From assembly GCA_964202905.1 (NCBI GenBank), contig CAXNJO010000002.1, forward strand, positions 416,001-480,000: a stretch of 64,000 nt of DNA, given 5' to 3'. Position 1 is the first letter of the stretch. Every line of letters begins with the position of its first letter. Below the pieces are notes generated by a model, which saw nothing but the letters and a program-made list of their open reading frames with translations, made no database searches and was not told the origin of the DNA. Positions 8,187-20,017 of this stretch are shown here, one piece after another. The position numbers and the translations under genes were made by a program. The stretch is from Polyangiales bacterium. GTDB lineage: Bacteria; Myxococcota_A; Polyangia; Polyangiales; JADJQN01.

Positions 8187-11100
8187 TCAGCGCCGGTCGA
8201 CGCCGGTGCGTTGCCGGGCCTCGGAGTGGGCGTCGGACATCGCGAAGGCGACGAGCGCGCGGGCCGCCGCGACCTTGCGCACCGCGTCCGCCCTGCGGGG
8301 ATCGCCCGTCGACGCCTCCGCGCCGGCGACGCGGAGGAGCGCGGAGACGGCGGTCGGCACCGAGCCCGTCGCGAGCAACGCAGCGCGGTCCCCGAGTTCC
8401 GAGGCGGCCGCGCCGAGACGCAGCACGTCGAACTGAGGGGCGCCGAGCATCTCGTGGAGGCTCGGCAGGAGTTCGTCGCGCACCTTGCGCGGGAGCGCCT
8501 TGCCGAAGCGCTTGGCGGCGTCGTCGAGCGACGCGGGGCTGAACCCGGGCGGCGCGTGGTTCGGGTCGTAGTGCCGCATCATGCCCGCGACGGCGATCGC
8601 GAGGTCCGCGGGCTGCGCGCGCACCGCGGCGACGAGGTTGGCACGCGCGATCTTGAGCGCCCGCGCCAGGAGAAAGAGCCGCTCGGCGGCGTCGAAACCG
8701 GGGGCGAAGAGCTCGCGTCCGACGAGGAGCGCGACGGGCTGACAGGAGATCGCCTGACAGACACGCGGCGCGGCCGGCGTCGCCCACACCTCGACGTCGC
8801 CCGCGCCGAACATCCGCGCGAGCTCCTCGAGCTGCGCGCGGAAGGGCAGGTCGCGCGCGGACACGCGCTCGGCGCGGAAGGCCTTGAGGTCGAGCGCCGG
8901 GATCGTCTTGTCGATCGCGTCGCCCGCGAGACGGAAGACCTGGCGCGCCGCGAGCGGAAGAAGGGTCGACGACGCGAGCAACTCCTCGAGCTCGGGCTCG
9001 GCGGCCGCGCCCCCTGCCCCCGGCACGCCGCCCGTCGCGTCGAGTCGCACGGGCGCATCGACGAGCGCCACGCCGACCGCCTGCGCCGTCGAGGCCGCGA
9101 CGCGCGCCGCGTCGGTGCGTCCCCGCGACGCGAGCAGCGCGACGAGCGTCTGCCAGGCCGCCGCGTCGGTGAGGTCCGCGTCGAGCGCCTGCCGCACGTC
9201 GTTGACGCCGCGGTTCAGGTGCATGGCCAGGGCCGCCTGGGCGTTCTGGCGCTCGTAGAACGCCGCGATCGTCCGCAAGATCTCGAGATCCGTCGGCTCG
9301 GCGCGGCGCACCGCCTCGAGCGCCGTCTCGGCCTCGCGGGGCTGCCCGAGCGCCTCGTGGGTGCGCGCGAGATCGAGGCGGTGCTGGCGCAGCTGGTCCG
9401 GGTCTGGATCGATCGCGGCGAGCTGCTTCAGGGCCTCGAGCGCGGACGCCCACTGCTGTTCGCGCTCGTAGAGCCGCGCGAGCCGAGCCAGCGCGGTGAG
9501 GTCCGTCGGCGCGAGCTTGAGCACGCGGCGGTACGCGGCCTCCGCGCGCTTGGGATCGGGGATGTGGTCGTCGTAGATCACGCCGAGTCGCGCGAAGACG
9601 TCGCGCAGCTCGTCGAGCTCCTTCGTGAGCTTGGCGATGCGGATGCACGCCTCCGCCGCGCCGCGCCAGTCGCCGCCCGCCGCGCAGAGATCGGCGAGGC
9701 GTCGCAAGGCCTCGAGGCGCTCCGGGTCGAGCGCCAGCGCTGCGCGCAGCGAGGCGCTGGCCCCCGCGGCGTCGCCGAGCTTCTCGCAGATCGCCGCCGT
9801 CCGCTCGTGCAGCGCGACCATGGCCGCTGGCTCACCACCCGCGGCCACGCGCTCCGCCGTGAGCCCCGCGAGCCGGCGCAGGTCGCCGCGCTGCTCGAGG
9901 AGCGCAGCGAGACGCTCGAACACGTCGGCGTGCGCGACGTCCACCTTCGCCGCCTCCTCGAGCGCAGCGAGCGCGCGCGAGGCGTCGTCGGCCTCATCCT
10001 GCCAGAGCACGCCGGCGCGGTGCCAGAGGCGCGCGATCCGACGCGGGACGCGGGCGGCGCGGGCGGCCGACTCGAGCGCCTCCGCAGCGCCACGGGGGTC
10101 CGCCGAGTCGAGGCGAAGCCGCGCGAGCTCTTCGGCCGCGACGGGGTGCTCGGGCGCCAGCTGCACGGCCTCCCCGAGGGCCTGCGCGGCCTCGCCCGGC
10201 GCACCGGTGCGCTCGAGCAGCTCAGCGACCCGCAGCGTCGCGCTCGCGCGCTCGGCCGGCGTCGCGAGGAGCGCCGCGACGGCCCGCGCGGCGAGGAGCT
10301 GCGCGCTCGACGCACCGCGCGCCTGCGCCGCCGCTTCGACGCGACGCGCGAGCCAGAGGTCGAGGCGCGCGCGCGAGGCGACCCCGAGGAGGAGTTCGTC
10401 GGCGGCGTCACCGGACGCATCCGGCGCGCTGAGCTGGAGTTGCGCCGCGAAGCGCGCCAAACCTGCGAGATCGTTGGGATCGCCGAGGTGGGCGACGAGC
10501 TTCTGCGCGACCCCGACGAGGTCCTCGTCGCGGCCCTGCGCCAGGAAATGGCGCTCGAGCGCGCGGAGGCTGGGGATGTGACCGGGTGCGAGTTCGAGCA
10601 GCGCTTGCAGCGAGAGCATCGCGCTGGCCGCGTCGCCACGCTCGCGGAGATCGAGATCGGCGAGGGCCTCGAGCGCCTGCACGCGCGCCGCGTCGTCGGC
10701 CGCGTCGCGTACCGCCTCGAAGCGGCGGTCGGCGACGAGCGCGAGGGCGCCCGCCGCGATCTCGAGGCGATCGCGCACGGCGAGCGCGAAGGCGTCCGGC
10801 CCCTCGGCCAGCACCGCCCGCACGAGCGTGAGCGCGCGGGCCGGCTCACCGGCGTCCTCCCACGCGGCGGCAGCGCGCAACCGGGCGGCGCGGAGCCACT
10901 CGCCCTCCGCCCCCTCGCAGGCGGCCTCGACGAGCGCCGCGCGTTCCGCCGGCGGCAGCTCGGCGGAGAAGCGCGAGAGCAGGTCGTCGATGACGGCGTC
11001 GCCCGGGACCTCGCCGCGCGCCTGCGCGTACAGCGCGATGGCCGGGGTCACGTCGCCCATGGGCTGGAGCAACGCCGCACGCACGTAGCGCCCCGCGCGC

Positions 11101-14100
11101 TCGCGCGGATCGACGGCGCGCGCCGCGAGCCCCTCGTGCGCCTCGCGCAGCAGGTCGTGGTCGGCGCGGGCGCGCGCGACGGACTCGAGCGCCCAGAGCG
11201 CGGGCCCGTAGCCGGGCACGACGTCGAGCGCCTGCCGCAGCGGGGTCGCCGCGTCGTCGCCCGCCGCCACGCGCGCCCGACCGGCCATCGTCGCGGCGAA
11301 CGCCGCGCGGGTCCCGGCCGCGCCCGCAGCCTCCTCGAGCCAAGCATCAGCCGCGCCCTCGACGGCGACACGCGCGAGCGCGCGCAGCACGATCGGCGCG
11401 CCCGGCGTGAGCCCGCGCGCCGCAGCGAGGCAGGCCGCGGCCTCGGTCGCGTCACCGCGCGAGAGCGCGTGTTCGGAGAGCGCGAGGAACGCACCCACGC
11501 GCGCCTCCGGGTGGACCCGCTCGGCGCGTCGGCGCAGCGCCGCGCCCAGCTCGTCGGCGTCACCCGCTGCCGCCGCGACATCGAGCGAGAGCACGTCGAC
11601 GAGCAGCGGGTCCACGCCCTCGCGCGCAGCCGCCGCGACCCACTCGCGCTCGGACGGCCCCGCCTCGCGGACGGCCTTCGCAGCCGCGGTGAGCGCGGCG
11701 CCCGGCGCATCCCCGTCGGCCGCCTCGACCGTGAGCGGGAGCCGCGACGCGTCGCCCGCCTGCCGCGCGAGCACGTCACGCACGAGGCGCACCACGCCGA
11801 GCGAGGGATCGGCGAGCGCGGCGTCGCGCAGCGCGTGGTCCGCGCCCTCGAATTCGCCCGCGGCCGCGCGCTCGTCGGCGAGCTCCAACAGCGCGAGCGC
11901 GCGCGCGGTTCCGCCGACCGCCGCCGCGGAGGCGACGAGCGCGGCGGTCCGGGCCTCGCGATCCGCGCGCGCGCCGGCGGCCGCTGCGCGCGCGCGCGCC
12001 GCGTCGAGCCCGTCCGCGCCCGCGAGCATGCGCAGGCGCGGCGCGAGCGCCCCGCGCCCCGATCGAGAAAGCGCGCCGCGGCGCACCGCAGGGCCGCGGC
12101 GATCCGCGTGTCGCCCGCGCGCTCCACGGCGCGCCCGAGGGCCGCGGCCGCCGTGTCGGAGTCGTCCTGTCGCCGCGCCGCCCGCGCGAGCCCCTGCCGC
12201 ACCGACGCGGGCACCTGCGATCGAGCCGGCCGCGCGACCGTGCATCCAGCTGCGCGCGCCGCGTCGCCAGCGCGCTCTGCCGCCCGCGCCGCGTCGACCA
12301 GCAGCGCCGCGCGCCCCGGGAGATCGGTCCAGAGGCCCGCCGCGCGCTCGCGCGCCGCTTCGGCCGCCTCGACGTCCCCGGCCGCCGCGCACTCCTCCGC
12401 GAGCAGGAGCGCCGCCACGACCGCCGCGGGGCGGGCATCGGCCGCCCCCTGCGCGGCCGCGCGCGCCGCCACGCGATCCCCGAGCGCCCCACCGCGGACC
12501 TCGGCGATCGCGGCGAGCACGAGCCCCCGCTCGCCAGCCTCGAGCGGCAGCGCGGCCTCGGCCTCGAGGAGCGTCGCGACCTCCGCCCACGCACCGCGCA
12601 CGACGGCGTCGCGCCGGAGCGTGCGCAGCACGTACACGTCGGTCGGGTCGGCCTCACGTGCTTGCGCCCAGAGCGCGCGGGCCTCGTCACCGCGACCGAG
12701 CTGGCCGAGATGCTCGGCCGCCGCGCTCAAGAGCGCGCGCGCGCGCCGCCTCGAACGCGCTCGGCGAGATCGACCAGCAGCATCGCGCGGGCACGCAGCG
12801 CATCGGGCGCGCGACCGACGAGGGGAAAGCGCTCGGCGCGCGGCTTGCGCGTACGCACGGTGCGGAGGGCCGTCGCCGCGCCGCGGTCCGGACGCGCCGC
12901 GGTCGCAGGCGCCGTGATGACCGGCGCGTCCGGCGCGGCGTCGGGCGCCGCCGACGCCTCCGGAAGAACCTCGGACGACGCGACCAACGGACGACGCGAC
13001 CAACGCGTCCGACGATGCGTCGACGTCCGACGACGCGACCAACGCGTCCGACGATGCGTCGACGTCCGACGACGCGACCAACGCGTCCGACGATGCGTCG
13101 ACGTCCGACGACGCGACTTCCACCGACGACGCGTCCGCCGCGCCGATGTCGAGCCCGGGGCTCGAGTCGTCCACGAACGACACGGCGGCGTCGGAGGCGT
13201 CGACCCCATGGGCGGGGAACATCGGCGCCTCGTCACCATCGCCCGGGATGCCATCCGAATGCGACGCGGACGCGGCCTCGCCGCCGAGGGTGTCGAGCGG
13301 GGGAGGCAGGACGGAGGGCGAGACGGCCGAACCCGCCGACGAGTCGGCTCCCGAAGCGCGCGCGGCAGCGCGGGCCGCGAGCGCGGCGAGCGACCCCGAC
13401 AGCGGCCGTTTCCCCGGCGCGGCCGGCGCCGACGGTTCCGCGGCGTCCGCCAGAGCCGGCGGGGCCGACACGCGCTGCGAGGGGAGCGGCGGAGGCACCG
13501 ACGACCACGCGGGGGGCAGGGACGGCGGCGTCAGGATCCGCTCACCGTCGGAAGGAATGGGGGCTGCCGACGCGAACGCCGGCGGGGGGGCCGACGCGAG
13601 CGGCGCAGGCGGGCCGGAGGGGCGCGGCGGGGCGGACTCGACGGGTGGGCCCGGCGGGGTCGCGAGCGAGGGGGCGCGCGGCGACGCCAGGGGCCGGGGC
13701 GGGGCCGAGAGCGCGCGCGGCACCGGAAGCGGACGCGGGGCTCCGGGTCCGGCCGGAGCCGATGCGCCCGAACCGGGGGCGCGTGGCGCCGAGGGGCGGT
13801 CGGGACCGGCGGATGGCGCTGCGCGCGCGACGCTGGGTACGCGCGGCGGCAGCGGCGCGATGGGGGCCGGGCGCACGGCCGGAACCACGGACGGCGCAGG
13901 CTCGCGGCCGATGTCGAGCACGCTGAGCATCGCGTCGATGTCGTCGTCGTCGGTCTCGGGCGCCGGGGCCAAGCCCGACGCGGCGGTGCCGGCGCGGGAC
14001 GCATCGCCCGCGGGCGCCCCCGTGGGTGCCGGCGGCGGAGGTGGGCGCGTGGGGGTGTCGTGAAGCGCCTCGTCTCGGGCGAGCAGGAGCGAGTCGATCA

Positions 14101-14536
14101 GCTCGCGCGGGATGTTCGCAACGCGCGTCGCGCCCGAGGCGTCGTCGTCGAAATCGAGGAACGAACCGCCGACCTCTTCTTCGGAACGGGGAACGCGCGT
14201 CGGCAGTTCGTCCTCCATCCCATCGAAGAGCGAGTCGCTCGCGGGGGCGCTGCCGGGGGGCGCGCTGAGCGCGGGCATCGGCTGGGTCCCCGGCACGGCC
14301 GGCACCGACGACACACGTGCCGGCACCACGGACAAGACCTGGGGCGGGTTCGACGAGCTCGGCGGCCGATAGAGGGGGCGTGAAGGCGCCGGCTCGGGCT
14401 TGCCCTCGCCCGGCGCGACGGACGCCGCTGGGGGCACGTCGAGCGGCTTGCCGCCGTCGTCCCAATCGCCGAGGGCGTCGCCCCAGTCGAGGTCGAAGTC
14501 GCCCGGACCACCACCGCTCTTCGGGTCGTTGCTCAC
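8187..14536 (-). CDS. Giant TPR/alpha-solenoid protein (about 2100 aa), split by frameshifts
   Basis: Coherent protein when joined: frame of 11048..14536 down to about 12990, frame of 12727..13254 to about 12740, back to the first frame to about 12050, then frame of 8187..12590. Acidic/Pro-rich N-terminus, many TPR-like helices (ALALDPERLEALRRLADL), M48-like C-terminus. Confidence 0.8.
12974..13117. repeat. 39-bp coding tandem repeat (SSDVDASSDALVA), 3 full copies plus 2 partial
   Basis: gacgacgcgaccaacgcgtccgacgatgcgtcgacgtcc at 12990, 13029 and 13068; 16-bp partial copy at 12974; 11-bp partial copy at 13107. Confidence 0.95.
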
Positions 14537-17500
14537 GTCAGCCCCAGCTCGCGCCGCATCGCCAGCGCGTCCAACGAGGTCCAGAAGTCCACGAGATCAC
14601 GGGCATGCTCGCTGCCCTGCGCTGCGGCACGCGAGACGCCAGCCGGCAACGCAGCGTCGAGCGCAGGCGCCGGGTCTGCGGCGAGAATCAGGCCTGCCCG
14701 CGCGAGACCCCGCGCGAGGTTCCGCGCCCCGGCGAGGAGCGCTTCCGGCCGCGCGTCGAGACCACGCGTCGCGTCCGGAATCGCCTTGCGAACGCGGCGG
14801 GAGACGGCCTTGCCGAGGAGGGCGGCGGCCTCGTCCACGCCGCGGACGCCGGCACCCGCCGCGAGCGGCGCGCCGGCGGCGGCCGCGAGTCCGAGCGCGA
14901 ACCGCGGCCACTCGTCGACGTCGCGCGCGAGCAGCGGCGCGACACCCAGCCGGAGCGCGAACGCGAGCCGCCCGACGCGCTGCCGCGCGGACGGCGAGAG
15001 CGGAACGCCGACGCCGGCGCCGAGGATCCAGATCGGCGCCTCGCCCTCGCGCGGAATCGCCGCGATGAGACCGGGATCGCGGCCGCCGACGTAGAGGTCA
15101 CCGACCGAGACGCCAAAGGCCTTCACCAGGGCCAGAAGCTCGTCGCGAACCGGGCTCGGATCCTTCGGACCGACCCGCTCGCCGCGCCCGACGCCGTAGC
15201 GCGCAGGCTCGAGCCGATCGGCCTCGACCAGCGTCTCGCCGACGAGCGCGAGGAGCGGCGTGAGACCGCCCGCTGCGGTCGCCAATCCGTCGGTGCCGCG
15301 GAGGCGCCCGAACGACGCGTCGGCGAGCGCGGACGTCGGGCGGCGCGTCGCCGGCCCGGGCAGCGAGAGCAGCAGGTTGCGCTCGTCGGCCGTCGCCTCG
15401 CCGAGCGCCGCGAGGAGCGCGAGCACCGTGCGCTCGAGCACGACGTCGCGACGCCAGACGGCGGCGCGGCGCAGCTTGCGGAGCACGACGGGGTCCGTGG
15501 GGTCGGCGCGCAGTTCGCCGCGCACGGCGGCCTCGAAACGCTCCGAGAGCCCCTGCCGCGCGCCGTCGTCCAGCAGGGCCGCGAGCATGTCCCCCGCGGC
15601 GACGTCGGTTGGCACGGCCTCGAGCGCTCGGCCGAGCGTGAGCGCGGCGCCAGCCGGGTTCGCGAGTTGGTCGCGGCAGATCAGCGCGGCGCGGCGGACG
15701 AAGGCTGCACGCGCGGCGCCGCTCGCGAGGTCCGCGGCGCGGTCGAGCGCGTCGGCGGCGTCCTCGAAACGCCCCGCGCGCTCGGCGATGTCGGCCATCT
15801 TGCCGTAGAGCGCCGCATCGGCGAGCCCCGCGGCGGCCGCGGCCCGCAGCTCCGCGAGCGCCCCCTCCGCGTCGCCGAGTTTCGCCTCGAGGAAGTCCGC
15901 GGCACCGAGGCGCGCGATCCGCCGCTGCGCGGTCGGCACATCCGCCTGCGCCAGCGCGCGCAGGGCCTCGACGGCGTCGGCGTAGCGCTCCAGGGAGACC
16001 GTCGTCTCGACCATCAGCGCGAGGCCGCCGACGTGCTCGCCCTCGAGCATGAGCAGGTTCTCGAGCGCCGCGACCGCGCCGTCGAGATCGCCTCGGGAGC
16101 GCCGGATGCGCGCGAGTTCGTAGAAGAGGCGCACGAGCTCCGCGTCGTCGTCGACGGTGTCGATGCGCGACTCGACGAGCGCCTCGAGGGACGCCGCGTC
16201 GCCGCGCTCCGCGAGCAGATCGTGAAGGCGACCGTAGGCGATCGGCCGGGCCATGCCGCCCGCCGCGAGCGCGCGCCGCAGCCGCGCGACCGCGTCTTCG
16301 TCGCGGTCGGGCAGGCGATCCATGAGGACGGCCGCCGCCTCCTCCAGGAGCTCCGCGGCGAACTCCGGGCGCACGACCTCCGCGAGCCGATCGCAGGCGC
16401 CGACGACGTCCTCCCAGTGCTCGGCCTCGCGCGCGGCGACGCGCATCGCCTCGAGCGACGCGAGGTCGTCCGGGTCGGCGCGCAGGGCGGCGGTGAGCGT
16501 CTCCCACGCCTCGGCCGCCTGCCCGCTCACGAGCTGCGCGCGGCCGAGCGCCGCCGTGAGCGCGGGGTGCGCCGCGACGCCTGCATGCGCGACGCGGGCG
16601 GAGAGCGCGCGCACGCGGACCTCGGCGTCGTCCGTCGTGGTGGTGGTGTCGTCGAGCGCGACCGCTGCCGCGAGGGAGTCGGGCGCCACGTCGGCGAGCG
16701 CGCTCGCCGCGAGGAGGCAGTCGTCGATCGCGCGGCCTCCCTCGTGCAGGAGGCGCGCGCGGAGGGCGGCGAGCTCGAACTCGAACGCGGCGTCGGCGTC
16801 GCTCGTGGCGGAGGCGAGCCCCGAGAGCGCCTCGGCGCGCGCGCTGCCCGGGCCCGCGGCGCGGAAGGCCGCGAGGAGCGCCCAGCGATCTTCCGGGTCG
16901 TGCGCGAGGACGTCGGCCGCGTGCGCTGCGGCGCGCGACGCGGCGTCCGCCGTGCCGGACACGAGCGCGAGCCCGCCGCGCTCCCGCGCGAGCGCAGGCG
17001 CGGAGGCGGCCGCGCGGGAGAGACGCTCGAGCGCGAGTTCTTGAAGCGCGGCGTCGCCGAACGCGTCAGGCGCGGTCGCGAGCGTCGCGGCGGCGAGCGC
17101 CCCCACCTCCGGGTCCGCGAGCACCCCGCGCAAAAGCGCGGAGGCGCGGGGCGTGTCGCGGTCGAGGAAGGCGATGTCCTCGGCGAGCGCGAGCGCCGCA
17201 CGCGAAGCCGGCCCGTCCACGGCTTCCGCGGCAGCGAGCCCCTCGCGGGCGCGCCGCAGGGCAGCGGCGTCGGCCGTCTTCGCGGCGAGCCGTGCGAGCG
17301 CGTGCCACGGCGAGCTCGTCGCCCCGGCGCGCTCCGCGACCTCCGCGTACGTGCGGCAGGCGAGCGCGGCGTCCCCGGCGGCCTCGGCTGCGGCGCCCGC
17401 GAGCAAGAGCGCCATCTCGGCCGCCCGATCGCCCTGCTGCGCGGCCGCGGCCTCGCGGAGCAGCGCGACGATCTCTTCGGCCTCGCCGCGGGACCGGTGC

Positions 17501-19839
17501 AGCGCCTCGAGCAGCGCGACCGCGTAGCGACTCCCCGGCACGCGCCCGAGCGCCGCCCGCAGCGCCCGCAGCGCCCCCGTTTCGTCCCCGAGCGCCACGC
17601 GCGCACGCCCCGCCGCGGCGAGGTGTGCAGCCGCGGACTCGTCGTCCTCGGCGCCGGCCGCGAGCGCCTCGTGCGCGGCCGCGAGCAAGGCGCGGTTCCC
17701 CGTCGACGCCGCGTGGACGCGCGCCGCGTCGGGCGCCCAATGCGACTCCGCGGGCTCCGCGACGACGCCGGTCAGCAGCGCGTCGAGCTCGGCCGCGCCG
17801 CCCTCCGTCGCGCGCAGCAGGGACACGCGCTCGCGCAGCAGGGCCGAGCGCTCCGCGGCCTCGAGCGACAGCGCGAGCAGCGCCGCGCCGGACTCGAGGG
17901 CGCCCGATGCATCGCCGAGTCGCAGCGCCGCACCGTGGGCTTCGCGCAGAATGGTAATGGGCTCGGCGACGAGCGAGGACGCGAGCGTGTAAAGCGCCCG
18001 CGCGCGCGTCGCATCCCCCAGCTCGTCGGCGGCGAGTTGCGCGGCGCGGAGAGCGGCGTCGGCGCGCACCTCGGGCGGGGACGACGCGGCGAGCGCCTCG
18101 ACCTCGAGGCGGGCGAGCCGCTCGGCGTGGAGGCCGTCGTCGGCCGCGAGATCGTCGAGGATCGCGGCCGACGCAGCGCCCCGCGGGTCGACGGCGAGCG
18201 CCGCATCGAGCGCGGCGCGCGCACCGGCCCGATCGCCCTGCGCGAGCGCGAGCTCGGCGATGCGGAAATGCAGGGCCGCGGCGTGTCGCCCGACGCCGGC
18301 CGCCCCGAGCAGCGCGCGCGCCTCGGCGGCCGCGCCCTCCACGTCCCCGGCGAGCTCACACGCGAGCATGCGCTCGTGTCGAAGCAGCGGCGCATCCGGA
18401 CGCAGGGCGAGCGCCTGCGCGTAGGCCTGCGACGCCCCAGCGCCATCGCCGAGCGCGAGCGCCCGGATCCGCCCCGCCTCGCGCCAGAGGGCCGCGGCTT
18501 CTGCGTCCGCGCGCTCGGCGTCGTCGAAACGCTGCACGGAGAAGAGACCCGAGCCCTGCCCGTGATTTTCGCCGCGCGCCGCCGCGCCGGCGAGCACCGC
18601 GCGCGCCTCCAACGCCTCGACGAGCGCCGCCGCGCGCCCGTGCCGACGCGCGATCTGCGCCCACTGCCACAGCGCCCGCCAGCGACCCGCCGGCAGCGCC
18701 GAGGCCTCGCGGAGCGCGGCCAGCGCGCCGTCCACGTCGCCGGCCGCCTCCCGCGTCCAGGCGGTTTCCGCGAGCAGCGTCCCGCGCAGCACGGGATCGG
18801 CGACGTGCGCCGCGCGCGCGGCGGCGACCCCCGCGGCCGCGTCCGCGTCGCCCGCCGCGTAGAGGAGACGCTCGAACGCGAGCGACGCGGCGAGGCTCCC
18901 CGGCTCGAGCGCGAGCACCTGGCCGAACAGCGCGCGCGCGCGGGACTCCTCGCCCGGTCGCGCACCCAGGCGCACGGCCTCGTCGAGCAGGGCGGACGCC
19001 TTCTCGGCGGGGCTCGCGGCCGCCTCCGCCTCCGCCTCGTAGAGCGGCCCGAGGAGGTGCAGCGCGCGGCGGCGTTCGGCGATCCGCGTGAGCGCGAAGA
19101 GCGGGGGACGGAAGGCGGCCACCGACGCGAGCGCGCCACGGTATTCGTCGACGACCGCGGCGTCCTCGCCACCGCGACGCTCGACGAGGTGCCCGACCTC
19201 GTAGCGCAGCACCGCGCGTCGGAGCGGGTCCGGGTCTGCGTCGTGCTCGGCGCGCAACGCCGCGATGCGCACGTTCTGCGCATCCCGGGGAGCACGGACC
19301 TCCTCGGCGGACACCGCGGGCGCAGACGCAGGCAGGTCTTCGGGCGCCGCAGGCTCCGCCGGCGCAGCCGCCGAGACCGCGCGGGGAGCAGGAGGCGCCG
19401 GCGCGGCGGCGCGGAGACCCGGCGGCGGGGGCGGCATGGGTGCCAGCGTCCGCGGCGGCGCGGGGGGCGGACGACGCGGCGGCTCCGGCGCCGCGGCCGT
19501 GGGCGCGATCGCCGTGGACGACGCCCCCTCCGCGGCCACCGCGAGGTCGACGGGCTCCGCCTCGACGGCGATCGACGCCTCCGACGCGGCTTCCGACCCT
19601 GACGTCGCCAACTCGTCGGTGGGCTGCGTGCTCGACGCCGCGTCACCGGATGCCGCCACGCCCTCGAGGGGCTGCGCGCCACCGGGCTGCGGCTCATCGA
19701 AGACGAGCTCGAGGACCTCGTCGGCCGCGCCGTCGCCGGGCGCGAGGTCGTGCGCCGCGGCGCCCTCCCCGCCGGCCTCACGGAGGTCGAGGTCGGAACC
19801 GGGGAGGTCGGTGGGACGCGGAGGGGGTGTGGTGGCCAT
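14533..19839 (-). CDS. Giant TPR/alpha-solenoid protein (1768 aa)
   Basis: Intact ORF; acidic/Pro-rich N-terminus; TPR-like repeats ([34 protein letters not shown]); C-terminus [14 protein letters not shown]...[10 protein letters not shown]. Stop overlaps the next start (GTGA). Confidence 0.88.
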   Translation of the reverse strand: MATTPPPRPTDLPGSDLDLREAGGEGAAAHDLAPGDGAADEVLELVFDEPQPGGAQPLEGVAASGDAASSTQPTDELATSGSEAASEASIAVEAEPVDLAVAAEGASSTAIAPTAAAPEPPRRPPPAPPRTLAPMPPPPPGLRAAAPAPPAPRAVSAAAPAEPAAPEDLPASAPAVSAEEVRAPRDAQNVRIAALRAEHDADPDPLRRAVLRYEVGHLVERRGGEDAAVVDEYRGALASVAAFRPPLFALTRIAERRRALHLLGPLYEAEAEAAASPAEKASALLDEAVRLGARPGEESRARALFGQVLALEPGSLAASLAFERLLYAAGDADAAAGVAAARAAHVADPVLRGTLLAETAWTREAAGDVDGALAALREASALPAGRWRALWQWAQIARRHGRAAALVEALEARAVLAGAAARGENHGQGSGLFSVQRFDDAERADAEAAALWREAGRIRALALGDGAGASQAYAQALALRPDAPLLRHERMLACELAGDVEGAAAEARALLGAAGVGRHAAALHFRIAELALAQGDRAGARAALDAALAVDPRGAASAAILDDLAADDGLHAERLARLEVEALAASSPPEVRADAALRAAQLAADELGDATRARALYTLASSLVAEPITILREAHGAALRLGDASGALESGAALLALSLEAAERSALLRERVSLLRATEGGAAELDALLTGVVAEPAESHWAPDAARVHAASTGNRALLAAAHEALAAGAEDDESAAAHLAAAGRARVALGDETGALRALRAALGRVPGSRYAVALLEALHRSRGEAEEIVALLREAAAAQQGDRAAEMALLLAGAAAEAAGDAALACRTYAEVAERAGATSSPWHALARLAAKTADAAALRRAREGLAAAEAVDGPASRAALALAEDIAFLDRDTPRASALLRGVLADPEVGALAAATLATAPDAFGDAALQELALERLSRAAASAPALARERGGLALVSGTADAASRAAAHAADVLAHDPEDRWALLAAFRAAGPGSARAEALSGLASATSDADAAFEFELAALRARLLHEGGRAIDDCLLAASALADVAPDSLAAAVALDDTTTTTDDAEVRVRALSARVAHAGVAAHPALTAALGRAQLVSGQAAEAWETLTAALRADPDDLASLEAMRVAAREAEHWEDVVGACDRLAEVVRPEFAAELLEEAAAVLMDRLPDRDEDAVARLRRALAAGGMARPIAYGRLHDLLAERGDAASLEALVESRIDTVDDDAELVRLFYELARIRRSRGDLDGAVAALENLLMLEGEHVGGLALMVETTVSLERYADAVEALRALAQADVPTAQRRIARLGAADFLEAKLGDAEGALAELRAAAAAGLADAALYGKMADIAERAGRFEDAADALDRAADLASGAARAAFVRRAALICRDQLANPAGAALTLGRALEAVPTDVAAGDMLAALLDDGARQGLSERFEAAVRGELRADPTDPVVLRKLRRAAVWRRDVVLERTVLALLAALGEATADERNLLLSLPGPATRRPTSALADASFGRLRGTDGLATAAGGLTPLLALVGETLVEADRLEPARYGVGRGERVGPKDPSPVRDELLALVKAFGVSVGDLYVGGRDPGLIAAIPREGEAPIWILGAGVGVPLSPSARQRVGRLAFALRLGVAPLLARDVDEWPRFALGLAAAAGAPLAAGAGVRGVDEAAALLGKAVSRRVRKAIPDATRGLDARPEALLAGARNLARGLARAGLILAADPAPALDAALPAGVSRAAAQGSEHARDLVDFWTSLDALAMRRELGLT

Positions 19840-20017
19840 GGGGGGTGGGCCGACGCGGAGCCGCGCGGCGAGCCGGCGCGCCTGCCGTCGGCGCCTTGGA
19901 GGGAGGGTTCGGACCGCGGCTCGCGACTATACGCCCCGTCCCCTGCGGCTAGAACCGAAAACGCGTCCCCCCCGCGGGCGCGGCGGCGGCAGGCGACCGC
20001 GTGCTACATGCGGCGCC

